Positions 26,947-34,034 of a stretch of 35,974 bases of DNA are shown piece after piece. The stretch spans positions 1-35,974 of the IMG/VR virus record IMGVR_UViG_3300037761_000191; one strand, 5' to 3'. The stretch comes from a virus (taxonomy: Duplodnaviria; Caudoviricetes). Under the pieces are notes generated by a model. It searched no databases, was not told the DNA's origin, and saw only the letters and a list, made by a program, of their open reading frames with translations. Position 1 is the stretch's first letter, and the number at the start of each line of letters is the position of its first letter. A program made the position numbers and the translations under genes.

Positions 26947-27492
26947 GTGACCCGGATTTACTACGACTGCGAGTTCGTCGAGGACGGGGCGACGATCGAC
27001 CTGGTGAGCATCGGCATGGTTGCCGAAGACGGCCGCGAGCTCTACGCCGTCTCTTCGGAGTTCAACACGGGGAACCTGCTCCGCAATCCGTGGCTGGTCG
27101 AGAACGTTTGGCCGTCCCTGCCGCTCAAACAGCACCCGCCCAGCTTCAAGTGCCGGTGCCGCCACGGACATCTCGACACCGACCACCCGGACGTACGGCC
27201 CCGCGCGCAGATCGCCAGGGCGGTTGCGGGGTTCATCCTGGCGACCCCGGACGTCGAACTGTGGGCGTGGTACGGCGCCTACGACCATGTTGTGCTCTGC
27301 CAGCTGTGGGGTTCGATGGTCGACCTGCCGGCCGGGGTGCCGATGTACACCCACGATCTACAGCAGGAGTGTGACCGGCTCGGCAACCCGAGCATGCCCG
27401 AGCAGACCGAAGGCCTGCACAACGCGTTAGCCGATGCCCGGCACGTCAAGGTGTTGGCGGAGTTCCTGGCCGCCCTGCCCGACAAGGAGTAA
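26947..27492 (+). CDS. DEDDh 3'-5' exoribonuclease, RNase AS (Rv2179c)-like
   Basis: YYDCEF.EDG..IDLVSIG.V.EDGRE.YA, WAWYGAYDHV..CQLWG.M..LP, HNALADAR. Confidence 0.88.
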   Translation: MTRIYYDCEFVEDGATIDLVSIGMVAEDGRELYAVSSEFNTGNLLRNPWLVENVWPSLPLKQHPPSFKCRCRHGHLDTDHPDVRPRAQIARAVAGFILATPDVELWAWYGAYDHVVLCQLWGSMVDLPAGVPMYTHDLQQECDRLGNPSMPEQTEGLHNALADARHVKVLAEFLAALPDKE

Positions 27493-27495
27493 GAG

Positions 27496-27561
27496 ATGGC
27501 ATGTGTACGGAAGCTGGTAGCGGCGATCCTGGGCGGGCTGACCGCCCAGCCTACGATGTGA
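27496..27561 (+). pseudogene. Holin 5' remnant (21 aa)
   Basis: MACVRKLVAAILGGLTAQPTM*. 20/22 nt match to the holin at 30589-30610, with the same AGGAG-NNN-GAGATG start context. Confidence 0.55.
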
Positions 27562-27582
27562 TTAGGAACAAGGAGGACAGAG

Positions 27583-27924
27583 ATGGCGAACAGCACTGCC
27601 GCGCTCGACGCGGGCTACTCAGGGGTGGCCGGCACGGTCACCCAGTTGTCCATGCACACCGGCGCCGGGCCGGGCACCACCGGCGCCAACGAGGTTACCG
27701 GCGGCACCTACGCCAAGGTCGCCAAGACGTACAGCGCACCCACCGCCGGGGCCGGGGACACCGTGTCAGCGGCCGCGTTCGACATCCCCGCTGGGACCAC
27801 GGTCACCGGCTGGGGGGCGTGGAACGCCGGCACCTACCTGTTCGGCGAGCTGTTGGCCGCGGCGCAGAACTTCGCGACCGCGGGTACGTACACGTTGAAC
27901 AGTGCCCCCTACTCAGCCAGCTAG
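27583..27924 (+). CDS. Small fibre-associated virion protein
   Basis: MHTG..PGTTGANEVTGGTYA...FDIPAGTTVT..G.W pattern; AAGGAGG SD. Confidence 0.7.
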   Translation: MANSTAALDAGYSGVAGTVTQLSMHTGAGPGTTGANEVTGGTYAKVAKTYSAPTAGAGDTVSAAAFDIPAGTTVTGWGAWNAGTYLFGELLAAAQNFATAGTYTLNSAPYSAS

Positions 27925-27953
27925 ACCGGAATTTCACACCTAGGAGGAACACA

Positions 27954-28265
27954 ATGGCAGGCGGGTTTTTCGATCTATCCACGGGAGTGACCGTCAACCA
28001 GGTGGCCGGCGGAATCGCCACGCGTGCCCGGGATGTCATGCTCGATATCGTCAAGTTCGACGTCTTCCGGGCGGCGAACACCCTCACCGCCGCGCCGTGG
28101 AGCCTGCCGCAGGCGTCGGTCGATGACATCGGCAGCGCGTTCAACGACCTCGTGCACTTCCAGAAGATCTGGGCCGGGGTGGTGCAGGCTCGCAACTTGG
28201 CGGACACCGCGTTCGAGACGTACGACTTCCAGACGTTCGCGAAGCGTCTCTACGGACCACGTTGA
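27954..28265 (+). CDS. Hypothetical protein (103 aa) in fibre cassette
   Basis: AGGAGG SD before ATG 27954; good GC3. Confidence 0.65.
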   Translation: MAGGFFDLSTGVTVNQVAGGIATRARDVMLDIVKFDVFRAANTLTAAPWSLPQASVDDIGSAFNDLVHFQKIWAGVVQARNLADTAFETYDFQTFAKRLYGPR

Positions 28266-28276
28266 GCTGACGTCCC

Positions 28277-30259
28277 ATGACTGTAGTCCGTAGGCTCGGT
28301 GCCGCCGACGACGTTGCGTTCCGTACCGGACTCGGCGGCGTCGACGGCATGACCTACGGCACGGTCGCGATCCTGTTCAGGCCATCGCCTGATCCTGTTT
28401 GGCGCTGGCTGGTCAAGCTACACGACATTTCCGGCGTAGAGCTGGGCGGCATCGGGGTACTCAGCGATTCAAGGCTCTACTGGGCGGGCGAGAGTATCTG
28501 GTGGACCGAGGGGCCGTCCGTCACTTTTGGTGACTGGCACCGGCTGATCGCTCGAAAGAACACGGGAGATGTGCGCCCCCGATTCAGTTTGAAGAACATC
28601 GCAACAGGCATATGGGTCCACGCTGATGCCACAGAAACCCAGCTGGACTGGCTGTCGCCATCCGGTGGCAGTGTCCGCACAAACAGTGCTGCACTGGACG
28701 AGGGACCTAACGGGGACTTTGCCGCTGTGGCGTTCTGGGCGAACGAGCTACCTTGGGCAGCTGACGCTTCCGGCGACGCAGCCATCGAGGCGACTCCCGG
28801 TCTCGACGAACACCTGGACAACTGGCGGGACCAGAACCCGTCGTCCGGGTGGGCGTTTAGCCAGACCGACGCGAACACCATGGTCGAGGACTGGACGCTC
28901 AACCGGGCCGATGAGACCAGCGCCGGCGTAGGGACCCCGACCACCGTCACCGACCTCGATTTCGTCTACGGCACCGCGGGCATCCTGGCCCTGTCCCGCA
29001 ACTTCTTCCGCAGCACGCAGGATGAGCCGGGTGCTACCGGGATCATCCGGGACCTGTCCGAAACCCAGGGGTCCTCGACCACGTTGGGGTCGGGTGCTGT
29101 GTCCGGCGGGTTTGTGGAGGTGCTCCGGTTTTGGCGGACCGTTGATGCGACGGTGGATGCCAGCGTGCCCATCGACACGTCCGTCGCCATGTCCGCGGTC
29201 TCGGCGTCCACACTGGCCTACCGGTGGCGGGTGCAGAGGTACAACAGCGCCGACGTGCTACAGGAGTCCTCCACCTTTTCCAGCGAGCACAACACCGTTG
29301 GTGTCAAGACGCAGACCATGACACTGGCCGGTCCTTTCGCCGCCGGGGACAAGCTCGCGTTGAGCGTGGAGCTGCGGAAGACGTCCGGTGGCGGGAGCCG
29401 AAACTTCACGCTGAGCATCAACCACCCGAACAGCTGGGTCGAGTTCTCCGTCGCGGAGACGCTGCCGGAGGAACACTCCGGCAACGGCACCGCCGCGGGC
29501 ATCACCCTGACCGCCGACGACGGCACCGGCACACCCGCAACCTCGGGTGCCGGGCAGGCCGCCGACGTCGCACTCACCCCCGCCGCCGGGGCCGGCACCC
29601 CCACGGTCACCGGAACCGGAACCCCGGCCAGCCTGACGTTGACCGCCGGAACCGGCACTGGATCCGCCGGAGGGGAGGAACACTCCGGCGCCGGCACCGC
29701 GGCCGGGCTGACCCTCACCGCCAACACCGGGACCGGAACCCTGGCAACCACGGGCACCGGGCAGGCCACGGAGCTCACCCTGACCGCTGGGACCGGCACC
29801 GGCATGCCGGCGGTGACCGCGTCCGGGACGGGCACCGGGCTCACCCTGGCTGCCCAGTCCGGCGCCGGCACGCCAACGGTGACCACGGCCGGACTGGGCG
29901 CGGAGCTGACCCTGGCTGCCGGTCTCGGCCAGGGCGGCACGGGCACCGAGCAGCACTCCGGCAGCGGTGTGACCGCGACCCTGGTCCTGGTCGCCGGGCA
30001 GGGTGGCGGCAGCCTGGTGCTTACCGGCGGCGGGCTCACCTGCACGCTTGAGCTGGCCGCTGCGCCCGGGGCCGGTAGCCTGGCCACCGCCGGCGCCGGC
30101 GTGCCGGCCGTGCTGCTGCTGGTTGCCGGACTCGGGTTGGACGTGTTGGCCGCGGCCGCGGCAGGGCCCCCACCCGAGCAGCGCATCTACCGGGTGCCCG
30201 GCGAGGGTCGCGCCTACCGCGTGCCGACCGAGGACCGTACCTACCGGATTGTGAGGTGA
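28277..30259 (+). CDS. Long fibre-like protein: Trp-rich lectin-like N terminus and ~22-aa Gly/Thr repeats
   Basis: Three E(E/Q)HSG-initiated blocks of LTLTAxxGxG repeats and a C-terminal RxYRVPxE repeat. The 5' part has visibly lower GC. Confidence 0.7.
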   Translation: MTVVRRLGAADDVAFRTGLGGVDGMTYGTVAILFRPSPDPVWRWLVKLHDISGVELGGIGVLSDSRLYWAGESIWWTEGPSVTFGDWHRLIARKNTGDVRPRFSLKNIATGIWVHADATETQLDWLSPSGGSVRTNSAALDEGPNGDFAAVAFWANELPWAADASGDAAIEATPGLDEHLDNWRDQNPSSGWAFSQTDANTMVEDWTLNRADETSAGVGTPTTVTDLDFVYGTAGILALSRNFFRSTQDEPGATGIIRDLSETQGSSTTLGSGAVSGGFVEVLRFWRTVDATVDASVPIDTSVAMSAVSASTLAYRWRVQRYNSADVLQESSTFSSEHNTVGVKTQTMTLAGPFAAGDKLALSVELRKTSGGGSRNFTLSINHPNSWVEFSVAETLPEEHSGNGTAAGITLTADDGTGTPATSGAGQAADVALTPAAGAGTPTVTGTGTPASLTLTAGTGTGSAGGEEHSGAGTAAGLTLTANTGTGTLATTGTGQATELTLTAGTGTGMPAVTASGTGTGLTLAAQSGAGTPTVTTAGLGAELTLAAGLGQGGTGTEQHSGSGVTATLVLVAGQGGGSLVLTGGGLTCTLELAAAPGAGSLATAGAGVPAVLLLVAGLGLDVLAAAAAGPPPEQRIYRVPGEGRAYRVPTEDRTYRIVR

Positions 30260-30262
30260 CCC

Positions 30263-30538
30263 ATGGCCACGACGTACTCCAAGGACCCGGCGGCGGTCCT
30301 GGACTACCGGTTCGATTGGACGCTGTGGCTGGTGGGCGGTGAGACGATCACCGACTACACGGTCACCGTCTCCGGGGCCGGGCTGGTCAAGGACTCCGAC
30401 GCTGAAGACGGCGGGATGGTGACGGTGTGGCTGTCCGGTGGAACACCCGGCATCCGGTGCACCGTGGCCTGCCAGGTGACCACCAGCGCCGGGCGGACCG
30501 ATGAGCGAAGCATCCACCTGCAGGTGCGCGACCGATAG
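30263..30538 (+). CDS. Fibre adaptor-like protein
   Basis: KDPAAVLDYRFDW...VWLSGG...VTTSAGRTDERS family motif. Confidence 0.7.
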   Translation: MATTYSKDPAAVLDYRFDWTLWLVGGETITDYTVTVSGAGLVKDSDAEDGGMVTVWLSGGTPGIRCTVACQVTTSAGRTDERSIHLQVRDR

Positions 30539-30547
30539 GAGACTGAG

Positions 30548-30757
30548 ATGAGCACACCGATCAGCACCCCGGTGCGGGGGCAGGTCAAGGCGATCCTGGC
30601 CGGGTTGACCACCGGGGTTGGGGCGCTGGCTACTGCCGCGCTCGACGGGCAGATCGTGATGGTCGAGTGGCTGGTCGCCGCTGGGCTGGCGATCGGCGCC
30701 TACGGGGCGGTGTTTGGAGTGAGCCAGCCGGCGCCGGCGCCGGTGGACCAGCCATGA
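30548..30757 (+). CDS. Holin (two TM)
   Basis: KAILAGL..GVGALATA..DG.I...EW..A...GAVFGV, an actinophage holin pattern; AGGAG SD. Confidence 0.7.
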   Translation: MSTPISTPVRGQVKAILAGLTTGVGALATAALDGQIVMVEWLVAAGLAIGAYGAVFGVSQPAPAPVDQP

Positions 30758-31020
30758 CCGACCCGGGCTGGACCACCTGGTTCTGGGCGATCTGGCTGGC
30801 CCTGCTGGCCGGCGGGTTCGTCGCCGCCCAGACGGTCGCCCTGCTGAACCCCGGCCGGGGTGGCACGCTGAGCGAGTGGACAAGGCGGCAGCTCGGCGTC
30901 TACCCGCCGCGGTCGCGCCGTCGGTGGACCGTGGCCGCGTTCACCGCGACGCTGGTGGCGTTGACCGTTTGGCTGGTACCTCACATGACCTACTGGCCGG
31001 CCCGCTGGTTCTTCGAGTGA
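30754..31020 (+). CDS. Trp-rich two-TM membrane protein
   Basis: W..WL......AL...GTLSEW.R..LG...WL.PH; ATGA overlap with the holin. Confidence 0.65.
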   Translation: MTDPGWTTWFWAIWLALLAGGFVAAQTVALLNPGRGGTLSEWTRRQLGVYPPRSRRRWTVAAFTATLVALTVWLVPHMTYWPARWFFE

Positions 31021-31055
31021 CGTCGGTCCCGGGAGTTTCTTCGCCATGGCGAGAC

Positions 31056-31104
31056 AACTCCGGCGGACAATTTCTCTGACCCGTGGGTCATAGAAATTCC
31101 CGGG
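31056..31104. repeat. Palindromic element copy 1
   Basis: aatttct-c-tgaccc-GT-gggtca-t-agaaatt (31069-31098) preceded by aac.ccggcgg.ca; homologous to 31727-31776. Confidence 0.8.
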
Positions 31105-31136
31105 GACATCAGCTACGTGGTCGAGGTGTAGCCCGC

Positions 31137-31352
31137 TCAGCACCACGGGAGCTGGCGTACGTCGTCGGCGATATGCTCCGCGGTCCGCTGCGCCAGGACC
31201 GCATGGCCGTACACGACCTGCGCCGCGGCCTGGAGCCGCAGCCGCCACAGCACGTCCCCCACGGCCATCCACCACGCGGCGCGGAACTGGGCGGTCCGGT
31301 AGGCGAGTAGCCAGAACGCCGGCCACATGTGCTCGGGTGGGTCCAGTCTCAC
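31137..31352 (-). CDS. Hypothetical protein (71 aa)
   Basis: GTG overlaps the upstream stop (ATGTGA). Confidence 0.45.
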   Translation of the reverse strand: MRLDPPEHMWPAFWLLAYRTAQFRAAWWMAVGDVLWRLRLQAAAQVVYGHAVLAQRTAEHIADDVRQLPWC

Positions 31353-31690
31353 ATGGTCACCTGCCACGGTGACTCTGGCTCGTAGACGATCCGCGACTCG
31401 CCAGCGATACACCGGCCAAGATCGTCGACACCGACGTTCCACTCGTAGTGGAAGGGCCGGCCGACGTACGGTGCCGCACCGACCGCGCGGCGCCTGACCA
31501 TCGTGATCGTCCGCAGCTGCGGCATGTCGTTGTCGACCCGCTCGATCAGCGACGGCCGCGGCAGCCGGACCGGCAGGATCAGCTGTCCGTGGTCCGCGTA
31601 CCGGCGGCGCCGATCCAGCCAGTCCAGCAACCAGGTTCGGTCACGGTAGTACGGATGCCACTCCAGCGGCGGCGGGGCGGCCTTGCTCAC
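31349..31690 (-). CDS. Hypothetical protein (113 aa)
   Basis: GAAGGAGG SD before GTG 31690. Confidence 0.6.
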   Translation of the reverse strand: MSKAAPPPLEWHPYYRDRTWLLDWLDRRRRYADHGQLILPVRLPRPSLIERVDNDMPQLRTITMVRRRAVGAAPYVGRPFHYEWNVGVDDLGRCIAGESRIVYEPESPWQVTM

Positions 31691-32096
31691 GTGGTCCCTC
31701 CTTCGGTGGGAGCGTGCTGTGCAGGTAACCCCGGCGGGCAATTTCTCTGTACCGTGGTGCAGAGAAACTTCGCGGGTGCAGGGGCCCGTGCTGCGGGGGC
31801 AGCCTCACCCACAGGCCATGCCACTCCCGGGAGGACGCCTCCCGCCCGTAGCACGGTGTCCACCCGGACCCGACGGTGCCGGTCACCATGATGACGTTGG
31901 TGGAGACCAGCCGCGCAGGATCGGACATCCGGCAGGTCACCACCATCCCGCGGCGCTCCAGTCCCCGCACCGCGGAGCGCGCCTTGGCCATCTCGTTCGC
32001 GTCGTCCGGGTCGTCGGCCAGTTGCCACAGCGGAACCCACTCGTCGTCGAGCCGCGCCAGCAACTGCCGTTGACGTTCACCGAGGCCTCTACTCAC
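31641..32096 (-). CDS. Putative winged-helix DNA-binding protein
   Basis: MSRGLG.RQR.LL..L...L.QLA....ARSAVRGLERRGMV; the C-terminal tail is uncertain. Confidence 0.55.
   Translation of the reverse strand: MSRGLGERQRQLLARLDDEWVPLWQLADDPDDANEMAKARSAVRGLERRGMVVTCRMSDPARLVSTNVIMVTGTVGSGWTPCYGREASSREWHGLWVRLPPQHGPLHPRSFSAPRYREIARRGYLHSTLPPKEGPREQGRPAAAGVASVLP
31727..31776. repeat. Palindromic element copy 2
   Basis: tttctctg-t-acc-GT-ggt-g-cagagaaa (31742-31767), 671 bp from copy 1. Confidence 0.8.
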
Positions 32097-32102
32097 CCTC
32101 TA

Positions 32103-32128
32103 AGTTTACCTGCGCGCTACGCGGTAAA
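32103..32128 (-). promoter_or_regulatory. -10 (TAAACT) overlapped by a TTTACC-N12-GGTAAA operator-like repeat
   Basis: Minus-strand TAAACT (32108-32103) lies 6 nt before GTG 32096; inverted repeat at 32105-32110 and 32123-32128. Confidence 0.5.
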
Positions 32129-32149
32129 GATAGCTACCCACCGGCCCGC

Positions 32150-32401
32150 CTACGGCTGCCGGCGCCGGTACGCCTTCTGTCGGCACGCGTTCGAGCAGTA
32201 GGTCCGCCAGCGGCCGGTGTAGCCGTCCATGACGAACCGCTCGCCGCACACCGGGCAGGGCGGCGTGAAGTGATGGGCGCCGCGCGTGGTTTCGTAACGC
32301 ACCTTGGCGGCAGCCTGCCCGATCTTGACGCGCCGGGAGTGCTCGGGGCCGCCCGCCCACTGGGGACGGGGGCGGGGCGGGCACGTTCTTTCGTAACGCA
32401 C
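32150..32401 (-). CDS. Zn-finger protein (CPVCG...YCSNACRQKAYRRR; CGNR-like)
   Basis: Treble-clef-type C4 motif with a basic helix; start uncertain (GTG 32401 or 32302). Confidence 0.65.
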   Translation of the reverse strand: MRYERTCPPRPRPQWAGGPEHSRRVKIGQAAAKVRYETTRGAHHFTPPCPVCGERFVMDGYTGRWRTYCSNACRQKAYRRRQP

Positions 32402-32447
32402 TCTCGGAGCCTACAGCACGGTTGGTGGGGTGCTCTACCGCCGGATG

Positions 32448-32477
32448 TGACGTGCCCGCAGCGCTGCGGGCACGTCA
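32448..32477. repeat. Perfect 30-bp palindrome
   Basis: tgacgtgcccgcagc|gctgcgggcacgtca. Confidence 0.9.
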
Positions 32478-32557
32478 TTCGTCCAGGTTTCGCCGATCTA
32501 TGACTTTGTCAACGTCGTCCGCGCGGCTCAGGGGCGTCGACTACAAATCTGTAGTCG

Positions 32558-32707
32558 CTACCGGCGCGGCGGGTCGTGCCTGGCTAGGTACTCCTCCAGC
32601 GCGGTGAGCACCAGCGCCGACACCGCCAGCCGACGCTCCCGCGCATACCGCTCCGCACGCTCCCACAGCGCGACGTCCTGGTCGCGGACGTAGACAGCCT
32701 TGGCCAT
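32558..32707 (-). CDS. Ribbon-helix-helix-like regulator (49 aa, not in ORF track)
   Basis: MAKAVYVRDQDVALWERAERYARERRLAVSALVLTALEEYLARHDPPRR shows the strand-helix-turn-(S..V..AL..YL) RHH pattern. Confidence 0.7.
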   Translation of the reverse strand: MAKAVYVRDQDVALWERAERYARERRLAVSALVLTALEEYLARHDPPRR

Positions 32708-32785
32708 ACCCATGACGGCAATCCCAGCTCAGCGGAGCCCTTCACAGAGTCTCGCATGCGGCGTAACGTCGCGTGCAGGAAAGAC

Positions 32786-32850
32786 AGCGGCCCCGGGCGG
32801 CGCGTTACCGCCAACCCGGGACCTTGGCCCCTAACTAGGAGGGACCCGAC
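32786..32850 (+). promoter_or_regulatory. Structured 5' leader, copy A
   Basis: AGCGGCCCCGGG...CCCGGGACCT...CCCTA...GGAGG...ATG; homologous to the minus-strand leader at 35830-35768. Confidence 0.6.
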
Positions 32851-33090
32851 ATGACCCTACCGACCACCGGCCTGCCGTGCGGATGGCACCGTTGCGCACG
32901 CTGCAGTCTCGCCTCCGAGCTCGGCCCGACTGGACTGTGCTGGCGCTGCACACCGACCACCGGATGGTGCGCAGTCTGTAACCAGCTCATGGAGTACGTC
33001 GAGGAAGACCTGGATTCTCCGTACTGGCGCCACATCGGCAACCCGACCGGTGTCGAGCACGGCGCGACCGCCGGACGGGTCAGCTCGTGA
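32851..33090 (+). CDS. Cys-rich (multiple CxxC) small protein
   Basis: CARC, CWRC, CAVC, WRH; AGGAGG SD. Confidence 0.65.
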   Translation: MTLPTTGLPCGWHRCARCSLASELGPTGLCWRCTPTTGWCAVCNQLMEYVEEDLDSPYWRHIGNPTGVEHGATAGRVSS

Positions 33091-33401
33091 TCGTCCGGGT
33101 GGAGGTTGTCGACGGCGACCAGCTCGCCCAGCGGGTCGCGGAGATCTTGATCGACAAGCTCACCAAGATCACTAAAGCTGACGCGGTCGCGAATACTGAT
33201 CTTGGAAGATCCTCCAAGATCACAGAACCGGACCATGTCCGGTCCGGGCTCCCGGACCACCCCGGCGGCGACGGGCCTGCCGGGTCCGACGTCTACGCCC
33301 GGGAGCCCAGGCCGGACCACGGGGCCCCGCACCAGCGGGGTGTCCGCCACGGCGGGATCGTCGACGGTGGCGAGCTGGTCGACGAGACCACCATCCCGTA
33401 G
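33087..33401 (+). CDS. Hypothetical protein
   Basis: GTGA overlap; GC3 bias favours this frame; ends just before the hairpin. Confidence 0.45.
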   Translation: MIVRVEVVDGDQLAQRVAEILIDKLTKITKADAVANTDLGRSSKITEPDHVRSGLPDHPGGDGPAGSDVYAREPRPDHGAPHQRGVRHGGIVDGGELVDETTIP

Positions 33402-33408
33402 CACCCAT

Positions 33409-33449
33409 GCAACCGGCCCTGCTCTCCACGGGGGAGCAGGGCCGGTTGC
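33409..33449. terminator. Bidirectional hairpin terminator between convergent operons
   Basis: Perfect 16-bp stem gcaaccggccctgctc/gagcagggccggttgc between the stops at 33401 (+) and 33459 (-). Confidence 0.75.
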
Positions 33450-33458
33450 TGTCCGGGT

Positions 33459-34034
33459 CTAAGCCGACCGGGCCAGCCGCATGACCTCGTCCGAGAGCCG
33501 GAGCAGCCGACCGACCATGCGGACGGGCATCAACCTCGTGTTGTTGACGGCCAGGTACGTGTGGCTCTGGATCTCCTGCAGCTCGGGCAGCAGCCGCGTG
33601 ATCTCCGGCCAGCTGCCCTCCGGGATGCCCGCCCCGGTCCCGGTGTCGGTAACCCCGCACCACTGCTCGCTCGGGATCTCCCGCTCGATGACGTACCACG
33701 AGCCCGATGTGCGCGCGGAGGCGTAGTGCAACCTGGCCATGGCCTCCGGCGTGGCGCCGTGCTGCCGGGCGAACCACTTCCACCGGGTCGCCTCGACGCG
33801 GGACAGCCGCACGGCGAACCGGACGCCCATCTTGTCCAGGCCGACCTCGTTGGGTGAGGACGGATGCCGCTCCCGGCGGGAGTCCTTGCGGGGGTCGTCG
33901 GTAAGCCAGACCACCCGGGGCTCACCGGCCCGGGGGAAGTCCAGCTCAGAGAAGGTGGTGCGCAGCCGCTGTTCCGACAGGATCGACGGCAGGTAGAAGG
34001 GTGCCGTGAAGTGGTAAAGGGTGATCATGCTCAC
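33459..34034 (-). CDS. Putative ADP-ribosyltransferase-fold (Tpt1/KptA/DarT-like) protein
   Basis: LYHFT....LPSIL...L...VVWLT.....VRFAV.....WYVIEREIP matches the ART strand order (H on strand 1, VxLT on strand 2). Confidence 0.55.
   Translation of the reverse strand: MSMITLYHFTAPFYLPSILSEQRLRTTFSELDFPRAGEPRVVWLTDDPRKDSRRERHPSSPNEVGLDKMGVRFAVRLSRVEATRWKWFARQHGATPEAMARLHYASARTSGSWYVIEREIPSEQWCGVTDTGTGAGIPEGSWPEITRLLPELQEIQSHTYLAVNNTRLMPVRMVGRLLRLSDEVMRLARSA

Noticed and set aside
32584-32814. 76-aa minus-strand ORF from the track
   Set aside because: An overlapping frame (32558-32707) gives a clear RHH-like protein with better codon bias.
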